Origin: an uncultured cyanobacterium
Lineage (GTDB): Bacteria; Cyanobacteriota; Cyanobacteriia; Cyanobacteriales; Nostocaceae
Direction of reading: 5' to 3'
Length of the DNA: 64,000 bases
NCBI GenBank assembly: GCA_963706595.1
Contig: OY970166.1
Coordinates: 2,880,001-2,944,000 of the forward strand
The notes under the pieces are model-generated. The model was not told the origin of the DNA. It ran no database searches and saw only the letters and a program-made list of their open reading frames with translations. The position numbers were made by a program, and so were the translations under genes. Shown here one piece after another: positions 31,132 through 43,137 of the stretch (within the stretch, counting starts at the first letter, position 1; each line of letters starts with the position of its first letter).

Positions 31132-31860
31132 ATGCTGGCATATATTCTAGCTTTTGTGGTCGGACTGGGTAGTTTAGCCATTTACATAGCAGCTTTCTTT
31201 TTTCCGGAAATCCACCGTAAGAATGATTTTATTTGGAGTGGTGTCGGACTTTTCTATGCCTTAGTCTTATGGGTCTTTGCGCCCCGCATTACTGGAGGGC
31301 TATTACTTGGTCATCTGGCTAGCGTCGCTCTTTTGATTTGGTTTGGCTGGCAAACTCTTTCATTACGTCGCCAACTTACCCCGCAAACAGAACAAACCCC
31401 AGTACCCAGTCCTGAGACTGTAAAAACTGGCATCCAGGAGCAAATGAATAAGTTGTCTCTCCAGGAACGTTTGGGTCAGGTGCAAGGAAGTCTGGGTAAT
31501 ATCTTTAGCGGCGCTAAAAATAAGGCGCAACAGACGATAACCAAGAAAACGCCTGAAACTCCCAAAACGGATAAAACAACCTCTGTACCCGCCCAGAAAC
31601 CTGTTGTTGAGATTATTGATAGAACCACTCCCACAGCAGAAGCACCAGCAGAGGAAAAATTCGCTGTTGCTGAAACTGAATCTCAAACTGAGGAAGCAAC
31701 TCCACCAAATCCCCCACCTGCGGAAGTGCTAGCAGCAGCCCAAGCTGAGACTGAAGAAAAACCACCGATTCCGGCTGAGGAAATTGCACCGGATGCGGCA
31801 CTCGCTCCCCCAGCAGAAGCGCCATCGGCAGAAATACCACCAAATAATCAATCTGGTTGA
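31132..31860 (+). CDS. Ycf66 family protein
   Basis: FFFPEIHRKNDFIWSGVGLFYALVLW...GGLLLG; Pro/Glu-rich tail. Confidence 0.85.
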   Translation: MLAYILAFVVGLGSLAIYIAAFFFPEIHRKNDFIWSGVGLFYALVLWVFAPRITGGLLLGHLASVALLIWFGWQTLSLRRQLTPQTEQTPVPSPETVKTGIQEQMNKLSLQERLGQVQGSLGNIFSGAKNKAQQTITKKTPETPKTDKTTSVPAQKPVVEIIDRTTPTAEAPAEEKFAVAETESQTEEATPPNPPPAEVLAAAQAETEEKPPIPAEEIAPDAALAPPAEAPSAEIPPNNQSG

Positions 31861-32047
31861 CTTGGATGAAACCCAGCGTTCTGTAACATGGCGTTGGGTT
31901 TTAGTCAATTTGTGGGAGTTGCTACAAACCTAAATAAGTGAACGATATGAACTTGCCTTATCAGAAGTTTTGAAGATAAAAATCAACGGTAAATAACTTA
32001 AGATATAAAAAAGGTACACTTCTATATCTCACTTAGGTTTATTATTT

Positions 32048-33748
32048 GTGGACAGAATTACATCTGGCTTGTTAAATACTTTCAAAAAACAACAGTCTTT
32101 TCCAGAAGATTTAAGAGAAGCAGAACTGTTTGAACATTTTGTTAATTATTATGTGATTTCCAAAGAATATAATTATCAATTTGGAATTGAAGATGTTCAT
32201 GTAGGAGGCAGTGGTGATAAAGCCTTAGATGGTATAGCAATGATTGTTAATGGTAGTTTGATTAGTTCACAAGAAGAAATTGAAGATTTGGAAAAGAAAA
32301 ATAAATATTTGGATGTGGAATTTATTTTAATCCAATCCAAAACTACTAGCAACTTTGATGCAGGTGAAATTGCAAAATTCTTATTAGGAGCTACCGATTT
32401 CTTTAGTGAAAATTCTGAGTTGCCAGCCAATAATCAAATAAAAGATAAATCTGAATTAATGGAGCTAATATATAAAAAAAGTAGTTTATTTAAAAATAGG
32501 AAGCCTTTATGTAAATTGTACTATGTGACAACTGGTAAATGGCTTGATGATAAACATTTAACGGTAACTATTGAGGGTCTAAGGAAAAGACTTGATGATA
32601 TAGGAATTTTTGAAAAGGTTACATTTAATCCTATTGACGCGAATGGTATTCAGAATTTATATAGATTAGCAAATAATAAAATATCAAGACAAATTCAGTT
32701 TGAAAGACGAGCCACTATTCCTAAAATCAATGATATCAACCAAGCATATATTGCAATTTTGCCAGCAAGTGAATATTTAAAATTAATTACTGATGAGGAT
32801 GGTAATATAATTAGGGGCTTATTTTATGATAATGTGAGAGGATTTCAAGGTGAAAATGATGTAAATCAAGAAATAGAAGCCACTATAAAATCTCAGGAAC
32901 GCCAGTTCTTTGTATTATATAATAACGGGATTACCATTGTGGCTGAATATGTTGACCTTATAGGAGACTTGATTACTATAAAAGATTATCAAATTGTTAA
33001 TGGATGCCAAACCAGCTATATTTTATATAATAACAGAGAATCCATAGATGATTCCTTATATATACCAGTTAAAGTAATTGCTTTAGATCGAGATAGTAAA
33101 CTAAAAAATAATATAATTAAAGCCAACAATAGACAAACACCTGTAAAAATAGAAGAACTAGAAGCCTTAACTGATTTTCAAAAAAAATTAGAGGAATACT
33201 ATAATTCTATGCGTGAAGAAAAAAGACTTTTTTATGAAAGAAGACCAAGGCAATTTAATGGAATAGATGAGATTGAAAAAATCAGAATAGTAGATATACG
33301 CTCTCAAATGAGATGCTTTGCATCTATGTTTTTAGAACAAGCTCAAAATGCAGGTAGATACCATGCAAGATTGCAAGAAGAAACTAAAGAAAAAATATTT
33401 TTACCTTCTCATCCACCAATAGGATATTACGTTAGTGCCTATGCAAAATTTTGTTTAGATGCTCTCTTTAGAAAAAGACAAATAGATCCTAAATACAGTC
33501 CATTTAAATACTACCTACTTAATATTCTGAGAATACAAGTTGCTGGTAAAATCATGCCTGATATACTATCTAATAGGTTTATTAGATATTGTGAAACAAT
33601 AGAACAAGCATTATGGGATGATGATAAGTGCAAAAATGTATTGTTAGATACTACAAAGATTATTGATGAAGTTGTCAATGGAAACTATGATCGTGAAGTA
33701 GCAAAAACTGTAGCATTTTCAAATGCTATAAATAATTGTTTTAAGTGA
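32048..33748 (+). CDS. AIPR (abortive infection phage resistance) family protein
   Basis: D..LDG..IQSK N-terminal motif; LFYDNVRGFQG, YNNGITI, IVNGCQT, ANNRQT; AT-rich. Confidence 0.88.
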   Translation: MDRITSGLLNTFKKQQSFPEDLREAELFEHFVNYYVISKEYNYQFGIEDVHVGGSGDKALDGIAMIVNGSLISSQEEIEDLEKKNKYLDVEFILIQSKTTSNFDAGEIAKFLLGATDFFSENSELPANNQIKDKSELMELIYKKSSLFKNRKPLCKLYYVTTGKWLDDKHLTVTIEGLRKRLDDIGIFEKVTFNPIDANGIQNLYRLANNKISRQIQFERRATIPKINDINQAYIAILPASEYLKLITDEDGNIIRGLFYDNVRGFQGENDVNQEIEATIKSQERQFFVLYNNGITIVAEYVDLIGDLITIKDYQIVNGCQTSYILYNNRESIDDSLYIPVKVIALDRDSKLKNNIIKANNRQTPVKIEELEALTDFQKKLEEYYNSMREEKRLFYERRPRQFNGIDEIEKIRIVDIRSQMRCFASMFLEQAQNAGRYHARLQEETKEKIFLPSHPPIGYYVSAYAKFCLDALFRKRQIDPKYSPFKYYLLNILRIQVAGKIMPDILSNRFIRYCETIEQALWDDDKCKNVLLDTTKIIDEVVNGNYDREVAKTVAFSNAINNCFK

Positions 33749-33840
33749 AATGAGGAAGTCCATCTGTTAATGGACAACTAGTTATCTTACATACATAAGG
33801 CAGTCTGGTGATCGCATCATCTAGGATAACTTTAGCCGAA

Positions 33841-34302
33841 TCAGGTCAGGCGATCGCATGACTCCACCTCTAACTCACTTACCACCAAAATTCTCAACTC
33901 TGTTACTCGCTTCAAAGCCTGATCATTAGTCAAAAAAGCATCACAGTTACTTGTTAAAGCGATCGCTATCTGTAAAGCATCAGGTAACTGAAGGTTGTAA
34001 CGTAACCTTATGTTCGCAGCGTTTCGTGCAATTGCAGCATTAATATCCACAAAAACCACTTCATTACTGAGCAAGACATCAACAAAAGCTTGCTCTAAAT
34101 CCGCTAAACCCGAACGTATAGCACCCACCAAACACTCAGACAATGTTATGGGAGATACTACTGCTGTCATACCAGTTTCCAATCGGGCAAAAATTGGATC
34201 TACTAAATTCACAAACTGCGGATTGCGTTCTACAAAATAGATGACTGGCGCTGTATCAATAAATATATGAGAAACTCCTACCAATGCCTCGCTAATTTTC
34301 AT
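33841..34302 (-). CDS. PIN-domain toxin (VapC family)
   Basis: IFIDTAPVIY, SPITLSE, LPDALQIA, FLTND. Confidence 0.9.
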   Translation of the reverse strand: MKISEALVGVSHIFIDTAPVIYFVERNPQFVNLVDPIFARLETGMTAVVSPITLSECLVGAIRSGLADLEQAFVDVLLSNEVVFVDINAAIARNAANIRLRYNLQLPDALQIAIALTSNCDAFLTNDQALKRVTELRILVVSELEVESCDRLT

Positions 34303-34559
34303 TCTTGTTCTTGTAACAAACCTTCCCGATGCTCATCTCCTTCCCGTCTAGTCTGAGAAACCCACTGTTGAGCATCTTTATCCAATAGCGGATAGGAGGC
34401 CATACCCTTTAAATCACTCCATTTGCGTGTTGACTGTGCTGGAATGACGTGCTTTTTCATTCGTTCCACCAAATACCCCATGACTGTCAATTGGTCTTCT
34501 GGGGTAAGTTGGTCAATCTCGCTTAACATTTTTTGAAGTGATAGACTCATCAACTTCAT
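34299..34559 (-). CDS. putative antitoxin partner of the PIN toxin
   Basis: Small ORF with a 4-bp ATGA overlap; WSDLKG...DAQQWVSQTRRE. Confidence 0.75.
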   Translation of the reverse strand: MKLMSLSLQKMLSEIDQLTPEDQLTVMGYLVERMKKHVIPAQSTRKWSDLKGMASYPLLDKDAQQWVSQTRREGDEHREGLLQEQE

Positions 34560-34778
34560 CCCAATTAGTGAATAGTGTATTTCCAGATCGTAGCCTGAAT
34601 GCTACACATTTGACCACGCAACAAATTGTAGTAATCCGGTTTGATTTCCTCTTTATTTGCGTAGGTAGGGAGTAAGGAGTGGGGAGTGGGGAATGTAGAA
34701 ACCCGAAAGCTTAAGACAAAGCCAGCTTGGGGTAATTCATAACAACCAAACATGATATGATTGCCTGCTGCAAACATC

Positions 34779-36427
34779 TTAGTTGCTTTCAAATTCCTTG
34801 AGTCTTGATATAGCACTAGGAGGAATCTCTGTGACTAGGCGAAATGGAAAAGTGGCAGTTGAAAACAATTGAGCATAATCTGATGTCAGAAATACAGCAT
34901 ATTTATCAGCTTCAGGAGTAAGTTGTGCAGCCATTGCCAACGTGATGGATTTAACGAATTGACGAACATCTGTGGCTTGTTCACCAACAATTTCACCACC
35001 ACCAAAAGGTGTATTTGGTTTTCCTACCTGATCCAAAGTGGTGCTTGGGTCTTTCACACTTAAATGAGTACCCCCAATTACACCAACTAGCCATTTAGGC
35101 GCAGGTATTTGATTAAATCCTACTATTTGTTCGGTCAAAGCCGGGGTACTTTTATCTGCGGAACTGGCTAAGACTAAAGTAGGTACTTGCACTTTACTTA
35201 AACCTGTTTCACCAAACATTAAAGAACTGGTAGGACTGAGAGCGATCGCTTGTTTAATTCTATTATCTCGTAGTTGATAGCTATTTTCTGGCAATTCTTG
35301 AGCAATACACTGAACTGTTTCGCCCAAACTCAAAATAGCTAAATTACCTTTGCAGCGTTGTTTGAGACCTTCCAATTGTAACTCACCGCCAGCAATTGCT
35401 AAGGCTGTACCACCACCAAAAGAATAACCAAGCACCATCGCATTATTAGTCGCCAATTTCCCTTGTAATGGGTGATTAGCGCTTTGATTCAGCTTTTCTA
35501 GTTCATCTAAGACAAAACTAATATCTCTAGGACGTTCCAAGAACTCTTGGGGCTGTAAAAGCCTAGCTTTACCTTGTGCTGCTAAATTAGTATTTGTTTC
35601 ATTACTACCAGGATGTTCTAAAGCGGCGACGACATAACCGTGAGATGCTAAATGGTTGGCGAGGTAGCGCAACTCATGGCGAACTGATCCTAAGCCGTGG
35701 GTGAAAACAATTACAGGTTTTTCGGCAGTTGTGGCATTTGATGAGTATATATCAACGGGAATATCGCGATCGCGCTGTTGGTCATTCCAATTCAAATTCA
35801 GCACCTGGACTTGAGCCGTTCCGGTTTGACTGGGGTCAAATGGGAGGGAAATCTGCGGTGTTCTAGAGTCCAGTTCAGGTGCGATCGCTAGCATAAACTG
35901 TTGAGTGCGCCAAAAAGACGTATTTAAACTTCGTGCCACCTGAAAAGCCTGAAAAACATTAATTTCTAGGCGTTGGCTGGGATAAGCAGCAATAAAATTG
36001 AGTAGAGAAAGACCTTGGGGTTTAGTCGCACCTAACACGAATGCGGCTCTGAGTGCTTGTACCCCCGCTTCATCCTTTCTGACTACAGCATCAGACAAGT
36101 TACTGAGAATAGTTGTGCCAATTTGAGTATTGAGTAAGCGACTCAGTGTGACAATATCAATTGGTACTCTCGCTCTGAGTACTCCCAACAAAAAGCCGCG
36201 TTGTTCTTCAGATATTCTCCCGGTATAAAGTTCTAAACCCCTGGGAAATTTCCCAGTATCCGCAGCCTTTTGTAACTCGGATAGAGAGATAGATTCTGCA
36301 AAGGACCAAAACGTAAGATCACAGTATCAGCAGCGCTGACAGAGGTATTTGACCCACAAAACTGTGTCAAAGCGATCACGCTCAAGAAACTTGCAACTAT
36401 CTTCCAGCTTTTCCAGTTTATTCCCAT
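34779..36427 (-). pseudogene. alpha/beta hydrolase (DUF1400 plus dienelactone-hydrolase-like); -1 frameshift at about 36301 (probably a sequencing error)
   Basis: HGLGS, LEHPGS, GYSFGG; adding one base in the A-run gives RFGPFAESISLSELQ and a 549-aa frame. Confidence 0.85.
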
Positions 36428-36588
36428 GAAATTTTACCAATGAATGCTTAGGGGAATATAACGGAAATTTGTGTATTTGACTACCCTAACGACACAAATA
36501 AATAAATTAAAAGAGCATAGCTATGCTATGCCCTTATTTTCTTAAAAGAGCATAGCAGTGTTATGCCCCTACTGAGTTTTTGACAAGA

Positions 36589-37668
36589 TTAAACTTTAGC
36601 AGATGCCTTAGTAATCATATTCAGTTCACCCTTAGCATACTTAGCAGCAAAATCTTCCAAAGAAATTTGCTTAATCTTGCTAGCATTGCCGGCAGTGCCG
36701 AATTGTTCATAGCGGTCAGCACAAACCTTCTGCATATATTTAATCGAAGGCTTGAGGAAGTGACGAGGGTCAAATTCCTTGGGATTTGCTGCCAAAGCTT
36801 CACGAACTGCGGCGGTGATAGCTAGACGGTTATCTGTATCAATGTTAACCTTACGCACACCACACTTGATACCTTTTTGAATTTCTTCTACAGGTACACC
36901 GTAGGTTTCGGGAATTGCACCACCATATTGGTTAATTAGTGCTAGTAAATCTTCAGGCACAGAAGAGGAACCGTGCATTACCAAGTGAGTGTTAGGCAGA
37001 CGGCGGTGAATTTCTTCAATGCGGCTAATTGCCAAAATTTCGCCTGTGGGCTTGCGAGTAAACTTGTAAGCACCGTGACTAGTACCGATAGCAACAGCCA
37101 AAGCATCTACCTGGGTGGCTTCTACAAACTCTGCCGCTTCGTCTGGGTCAGTCAACAATTGAGAGTGGTCAAGTGTACCTTCAAAACCGTGACCATCTTC
37201 AGCTTCACCAGCACCAGTTTCCAATGAACCCAAGCAACCAAGTTCACCTTCAACGCTGACACCCAAGGAATGAGCAACATTTACCACTTCACGAGTGACA
37301 TTGGTGTTGTACTCAAAGCTAGCAGGGGTTTTCGCATCAGCTTCCAGAGAACCATCCATCATGACGCTAGTAAAGCCATTCTTAATTGCTGAGTAGCAAG
37401 TAGAAGGAGCATTACCATGATCTTGGTGCATGACAATGGGAATCTCAGGATAGGTTTCTGTCGCTGCCAAAATCAGGTGGCGCAGAAAGTTTTCTCCAGC
37501 ATAAGCACGAGCGCCACGAGAAGCTTGTAGAATTACAGGGCTGTCTGTTTCTGCTGCTGCCTTCAGAATTGCCTGAATCTGCTCCAGATTGTTAACGTTA
37601 AAAGCTGGAATGCCGTAACCGTTTTCAGCCGCGTGATCCAAAAGCAGCCGCATTGGTACAAGCGCCAT
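36589..37668 (-). CDS. fba: class II fructose-bisphosphate aldolase
   Basis: [37 protein letters not shown]. Confidence 0.98.
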   Translation of the reverse strand: MALVPMRLLLDHAAENGYGIPAFNVNNLEQIQAILKAAAETDSPVILQASRGARAYAGENFLRHLILAATETYPEIPIVMHQDHGNAPSTCYSAIKNGFTSVMMDGSLEADAKTPASFEYNTNVTREVVNVAHSLGVSVEGELGCLGSLETGAGEAEDGHGFEGTLDHSQLLTDPDEAAEFVEATQVDALAVAIGTSHGAYKFTRKPTGEILAISRIEEIHRRLPNTHLVMHGSSSVPEDLLALINQYGGAIPETYGVPVEEIQKGIKCGVRKVNIDTDNRLAITAAVREALAANPKEFDPRHFLKPSIKYMQKVCADRYEQFGTAGNASKIKQISLEDFAAKYAKGELNMITKASAKV

Positions 37669-38011
37669 ACATAGTCCTCCTAATTTATTTTTCAGCTAAT
37701 CGACTTGAGAAAAGCGTTATTATTACGCTAATCTTAATACTTTTTTCAACTTATAGGAAATTATAACTAGTGACGGGTGTTTATGTTGAAGAACTTTACG
37801 CCATCTTTCATCAATATGCCCTATACTTGCCATATACTACTGTACAGTAAGTTACTCTCTCATTAAAGGCTTTAGTAGCCCATATCCTAGATATCAGGTT
37901 TGCTCGTGCTTCTCCAAGAGCGATCGCATCTCATACTGAGTATCAGCTAGGGAAGTGCCATCTTCTGGCGATCGCTGGCAATGCCTAAATTACATTCATT
38001 AACCTTAAAAG

Positions 38012-38083
38012 TGGGTCGCCCGAGACTCGAACTCGGAACAAATCGGTTAAAAGCCGAGTACTCTACCATTGAGTTAGCGACCC
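38012..38083 (-). tRNA. tRNA-Lys(TTT)
   Basis: gggtcgc/gcgaccc acceptor stem, ctTTTaa anticodon loop, gttcgag T-loop. Confidence 0.95.
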
Positions 38084-38138
38084 TTTTGTTTTGCAACTTT
38101 GCCATCATAGCATGAACATCTGAGATTTGCAAATAATT

Positions 38139-39011
38139 TTATAAAAGATTTGCTGTTAAGCTTACAGATGCCGTGCAGCTAGCTTTTGGAGCCAATACGG
38201 TGAGGTTTGTACCAGTATTGAGAGCATTACGAGGGGCTGTCCAAGGTTCTAGACAGTAGAAGTCTTTGCCTTTGACTGTCCAAAACACCAAATGAGAATA
38301 GATCGGATCGTAATCTAAAGTTAGTTGGAGCGAACGGCTAGGATCTATGACTGTAGCAGACTGGCTACTCAAATCCTTAAAAGCAACATCTATTTCATCG
38401 CGGTTAAAATCAAAGTTACCGTCAAACGAGTGCATTTCCTTAGTATTTTGGTCTTGATACTGCACAGCAGGGATTTGAAACTCTAGCTGATTCTTATCAC
38501 CACCCGTCAGAAAATAAGGATGGAAACCAGCCGAAAAAGGCATTGGTGTGGATGACAGATTTTTATATTCCTGCCGAATTGTGAGAGTATGCCCTTGCAA
38601 TTCATAAGTAAAAATTACTTGAAAGTCAAAAGGATAAACTGCCTTGGTTTGCTCGTTGCTATTGAGTACGAGAGTCAGACTAGCTTTATCTTCAGTTTTC
38701 TGCTCAGTGACTTGCCAAGGTAACTCACGCGCAAAGCCGTGTTGTTTCAGAGTGTACTCTTGCCCGTTATGGGTGTAAGTATTCTCCGGTAAATTGCCAC
38801 ACAGAGGAAACAAAATCGGATTTCCACCCCTGACGCTTAAATCAGGATGAGTAAAGCGTTCAGTATCCAAATAGAAAATTTCTTGCCCCTGGATGCGCCA
38901 ACGTGTAATAATCCCACCTCTTTCTGGTACTACTTCTATTTGAGAGCCTGCACTGTCATCGCTGAGGATGTAAGTTTTGTATTGTTGCTCTTGAAGGGTG
39001 ACAGTAAACAC
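38139..39011 (-). CDS. aldose 1-epimerase family protein
   Basis: RGGNPILFP, QHGFAR, GFHPYF, FYCLEPW. Confidence 0.92.
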   Translation of the reverse strand: MFTVTLQEQQYKTYILSDDSAGSQIEVVPERGGIITRWRIQGQEIFYLDTERFTHPDLSVRGGNPILFPLCGNLPENTYTHNGQEYTLKQHGFARELPWQVTEQKTEDKASLTLVLNSNEQTKAVYPFDFQVIFTYELQGHTLTIRQEYKNLSSTPMPFSAGFHPYFLTGGDKNQLEFQIPAVQYQDQNTKEMHSFDGNFDFNRDEIDVAFKDLSSQSATVIDPSRSLQLTLDYDPIYSHLVFWTVKGKDFYCLEPWTAPRNALNTGTNLTVLAPKASCTASVSLTANLL

Positions 39012-39083
39012 AAATTTTAGTCCTTATTGAAGGTTAATTGAGAGTAGACCCAGAAATCACATATCCGTCTTCGTTGAACATTT

Positions 39084-39111
39084 GTAGAGACGTTGCATAC
39101 AACGTCTCTAC
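39084..39111. repeat. GTAG-type REP-like palindrome
   Basis: gtagagacgttgcatacaacgtctctac. Confidence 0.75.
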
Positions 39112-39129
39112 AAGTCTCTACAAGATACC

Positions 39130-40164
39130 TTACTCGTCTTCGGCGAATATGAAGCGATATAACTCGCTGGGGTCGGGTTCAGGGCTGCTTTCGGCAAACT
39201 TCACGGCTTCCTCGATCACTGCTTGAATTTTCCGGTCAATGGTTTTTAATTCGGCATCGTCTGCTAAATTTTGCTCAACCAGATAACCCGCCAGCTTCTT
39301 AATTGGGTCACGGGAAAACCAGAATTCTTTCTCGGCTTTGCTACGCATTTCATCTGGGTCGGCGAGGGAGTGTCCCCGGAAACGGTAGGTCAAGGCTTCA
39401 ATTAAGGTGGGACCTTCACCAGCACGAGCGCGGGCGACGGCTTCTTGAGCGACGGCGCGGACAGCTAACACGTCCATACCGTCTACTTCCACCCCTACCA
39501 TGTTAAATACACTGGCTTTTTTGTAAATCTCTGGCTGGGAAGTTGCGCGTTCGTGAGACATCCCAATTGCCCATTTGTTATTTTCGACAACAAACAGAAT
39601 CGGCAATTTCCACAGAGCTGCCATATTTAAAGTCTCGAAAAACTGACCGTTGTTAGCCGCACCATCGCCAAAAAAGCAAGCTGTTACTTGGTCAGCGTTT
39701 TGGTCTCCCAAAACTTCGCGGCGGTATTTGCTTTGAAAAGCTGCTCCAGCTGCTACAGGAATGCCTTCAGCCACAAAAGCATAACCACCTAATAAGCCAT
39801 GTTCAGCAGAAAACATGTGCATGGAACCACCACGTCCTTTGCTGCACCCTGTGGCTTTGCCAAATAACTCTGCCATCACTGCTCGAGCTGGTACGCCGGC
39901 ACTCAAAGCATGAACGTGGTCGCGGTAGGTGCTGGAAACAAAATCTTCCCCTGGTCGCATGGCTTGGATCACACCTGTGGAAACGGCTTCTTGACCGTTG
40001 TAGAGGTGGACAAAACCAAACATTTTGCCCCGATAGTACATCTCAGCGCATTTGTCTTCAAATGAGCGACCTAGTACCATGTCTTCATACAACCGCAACC
40101 CTTCTTCTTTGGTGATGTTGATAGTGTTGGTATTAAATGTAGGTAACGTACGTTCTTGAACCAT
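39130..40164 (-). CDS. pdhA: pyruvate dehydrogenase E1 alpha subunit
   Basis: [35 protein letters not shown]. Confidence 0.98.
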   Translation of the reverse strand: MVQERTLPTFNTNTINITKEEGLRLYEDMVLGRSFEDKCAEMYYRGKMFGFVHLYNGQEAVSTGVIQAMRPGEDFVSSTYRDHVHALSAGVPARAVMAELFGKATGCSKGRGGSMHMFSAEHGLLGGYAFVAEGIPVAAGAAFQSKYRREVLGDQNADQVTACFFGDGAANNGQFFETLNMAALWKLPILFVVENNKWAIGMSHERATSQPEIYKKASVFNMVGVEVDGMDVLAVRAVAQEAVARARAGEGPTLIEALTYRFRGHSLADPDEMRSKAEKEFWFSRDPIKKLAGYLVEQNLADDAELKTIDRKIQAVIEEAVKFAESSPEPDPSELYRFIFAEDE

Positions 40165-40860
40165 TATTTTTTAGTATTCCTATAGTAAAACTGACATTTA
40201 CCATCTCAAATAAGTTGCTTTGGGACAATATCTGCTTTGCATTAGCTAAGATGTGCTGAACTCAACCACCAAAATTTATGCACCAAAAAGGTTTATAGGC
40301 AATAGAGGCGAAACAATGAGTGAATTTTTGATTGTTCTACCCACGCTCTGCGAGGATCTAACCCTAACGGCAACAGATACACCCCTGAGTTTTTTCACTC
40401 TCTACTCCTGTTCATAGGCTATCAATCAGGATAGCTCGGTTTCTGCCTATCCATGAACAATTTAGAAAAAAGAACCAGGAAATTTTTCTATCTAGGTAGA
40501 TGGTTGTAAATTGCAGCTATTTATGCTAATATCACGAATCTTTAATTAACACATATTTTTTTAAAGATAGTTTCTTTAACTGCATAGCTGAAGAAATCCG
40601 TGAACAATCAGTAACTATAAGTTCTTACAAAGCCAAAATACCCAGAATTAACACAAAGTATTGGGGCTTTCTAGGCAAATGCAAAATAATGCTACTAAAA
40701 TATTATTCAAATTTTAGGAAGTAACAAAATCAATTGTCGCAATATATACTTATAGTGGAAGTCAGCCACGGTATTATTCACCGTACTATTATGGCACGGT
40801 TTTACATGCCTGGAATACTCTAGGTGAATTATGTTGATCACGGTGCAGGGGAAGTAGACT

Positions 40861-43137
40861 GTGCGAATTCCGCTAGATTACTACCGAATTTTGGGATTAC
40901 CGTTAGCGGCAAGTGATGAACAGTTGCGGCAGTCGTACAGCGATCGCATTGTGCAATTGCCGCGACGAGAGTATTCTCAAGCAGCAATTTCTTCTCGTAA
41001 ACAACTCATAGAAGAAGCTTACGTGGTTTTATCCAATCCTAAAGAACGTAACAGTTATGACCAGCTTTACCTTGCCCATGCCTATGGCCCCGACGGCAAT
41101 GGTAATACTGCTGTTGCCGTGGGAAACCACACAGACAGCAACAAAACTGATCCCGACATCCAAAGTCTGAGTGTTGACATTTCCCAAGAGGAATTAGTTG
41201 GTGCTTTGTTAATTCTGCAAGAATTGGGGGAATATGAACTGGTATTAAAGCTAGGTCATAATTATCTTACGACTCAAAGCGGGATAGCATCTGCCAGAAT
41301 GGCTAATAATCTGGCAAGTGAAGAATTTCTCGAAAATTCTGATTACCCAGATATTGTTCTGACTGTGGCTCTGGCTTGTCTAGAACTGGGTCGGGAGCAT
41401 TGGCAGCAAGGTCACTATGAAAATGCGGCTATTTCCCTAGAAACTGGTCAAGAACTGCTAGCGCGTGAAGGGCTATTTGCTAGTGTACAGGCGGAAATGC
41501 AGGGTGACTTGTATAAATTGCGCCCCTATCGAATTTTGGAACTGCTGGCACTACCGGAAGAAAAGGTGGCCCAAAGACGACAAGGGTTAGCGTTTTTGCG
41601 GGAAATATTGAGCGATCGCGGTGGTATCGATGGTTCTGGCAATGATCAATCTGGTCTGAATATAGATGATTTTTTGCGTTTTATTCAGCAATTACGCAAC
41701 TATTTAACCGTTTCAGAACAGCATAAGCTATTTGAAGCAGAAAGTAAACGTCCCTCTGCTGTTGCCACTTACTTGGCGGTTTATGCCCTATTAGCACGGG
41801 GATTCACTCAACGTCAACCGGCGTTAATTCGTCAAGCCAAGCAAATGCTGATGCGTTTGGGAAAACGTCAAGACGTGCATTTAGAACAATCACTGTGTGC
41901 GCTGCTATTGGGGCAAACAGAAGAAGCCACCCGTGTTTTAGAACTGAGTCAAGAATACGAAGCCTTGGCTTTAATTCGGGAAAAATCCCTAGACTCTCCC
42001 GACTTGCTACCGGGGTTGTGTTTGTATGCAGAACAGTGGTTACAACATGAAGTATTCCTGCACTTCCGAGATTTAGCTACACAGCAAGCCTCGCTGAAAG
42101 ATTATTTTGCTAACCAACAGGTGCAAGCTTATTTAGAAGCCTTACCTACTGATGCCCAAACCACTCAGGAGTGGTCTGTAATCAACCGTCAGTCTTTTTC
42201 CCAGCCTTCCCTGCACAATTATCATTCCACTGCTGTTTCCTCACCATTTGCTCAAGGTAAAACACCATTACCAGATTTATCAGCAACGCCAGATCACAAA
42301 AGACACGAAAATGTCCACGAATCCCCAACTAATGGGAAGACACCGCCAAATAAAATTCCGTGGAATGCCAACTCACCAGCAGATGTAGGACAATTTTCTC
42401 ATCCTGAACACACAACCAGGGCGACTCCAAATCATCTCAATGGTGCAGCAGCTAAGTCTACTCCTACTCGTCAAGTCAAAAAGCGTCGGAGGCGAAAGCC
42501 CCATCAAGCTGTCAATCGGGGTTATCCTCAACAGCAACAAGCTTTTGCTGCTAGCTTAGAAGGGAGAACACGACTTGTTTGGACTGTTTTTGCTTCTCTG
42601 GCAGGGGTGTTAGTTTTTTGGCTGTTAGTTTCGACGACATTTGGATGGATGAAAAATTTGTTTTTTCCTGCACCAGTTTTGCAAGGTAAACAGTTGTCTT
42701 TGCAGCTGAATGAACCACCAATAGAAATTCCAGACGAAACCAGCCAGTTGAAACCTCCAGAAGATTCTTTAACGGATGCGACGGCGCAAGAAGTTATTCA
42801 AACTTGGCTATCTACGAAAGCCGCAGCTTTAGGTCCCAAATATAATTTGGATAGTTTAGAAGATATCCTCACAGATGCAACCCTTTCTCAATGGCGGTTG
42901 CTTGCCCAACAAGAGAGGTCACAAAACCGCCATCGGACTTATAACCACACAGTGAAAGTGGAATATCTTGATCAAAAATCGGATCAAGCTGTCATTGTGG
43001 CTACAGTCAGGGAAGTAACACAGTTCTATGACCAGGGTCAAATCAGAAATTTTACTGATGAAACTTTGCGTGTCCGATATTCTTTAATTCGACAAGCCGA
43101 TGTCTGGCGCATCCAAAATATGTCAGTTATTAATTAG
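40861..43137 (+). CDS. ftn2: cell division protein Ftn2/ZipN (ARC6 homologue)
   Basis: MRIPLDYYRILG J-like domain, DLLPGLC, single TM, C-terminal IMS domain. Confidence 0.93.
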   Translation: MRIPLDYYRILGLPLAASDEQLRQSYSDRIVQLPRREYSQAAISSRKQLIEEAYVVLSNPKERNSYDQLYLAHAYGPDGNGNTAVAVGNHTDSNKTDPDIQSLSVDISQEELVGALLILQELGEYELVLKLGHNYLTTQSGIASARMANNLASEEFLENSDYPDIVLTVALACLELGREHWQQGHYENAAISLETGQELLAREGLFASVQAEMQGDLYKLRPYRILELLALPEEKVAQRRQGLAFLREILSDRGGIDGSGNDQSGLNIDDFLRFIQQLRNYLTVSEQHKLFEAESKRPSAVATYLAVYALLARGFTQRQPALIRQAKQMLMRLGKRQDVHLEQSLCALLLGQTEEATRVLELSQEYEALALIREKSLDSPDLLPGLCLYAEQWLQHEVFLHFRDLATQQASLKDYFANQQVQAYLEALPTDAQTTQEWSVINRQSFSQPSLHNYHSTAVSSPFAQGKTPLPDLSATPDHKRHENVHESPTNGKTPPNKIPWNANSPADVGQFSHPEHTTRATPNHLNGAAAKSTPTRQVKKRRRRKPHQAVNRGYPQQQQAFAASLEGRTRLVWTVFASLAGVLVFWLLVSTTFGWMKNLFFPAPVLQGKQLSLQLNEPPIEIPDETSQLKPPEDSLTDATAQEVIQTWLSTKAAALGPKYNLDSLEDILTDATLSQWRLLAQQERSQNRHRTYNHTVKVEYLDQKSDQAVIVATVREVTQFYDQGQIRNFTDETLRVRYSLIRQADVWRIQNMSVIN

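Noticed and set aside
38012..38083. tRNA as an integration site
   Set aside because: No integrase or duplicated tRNA 3' end seen; both flanks are housekeeping genes.
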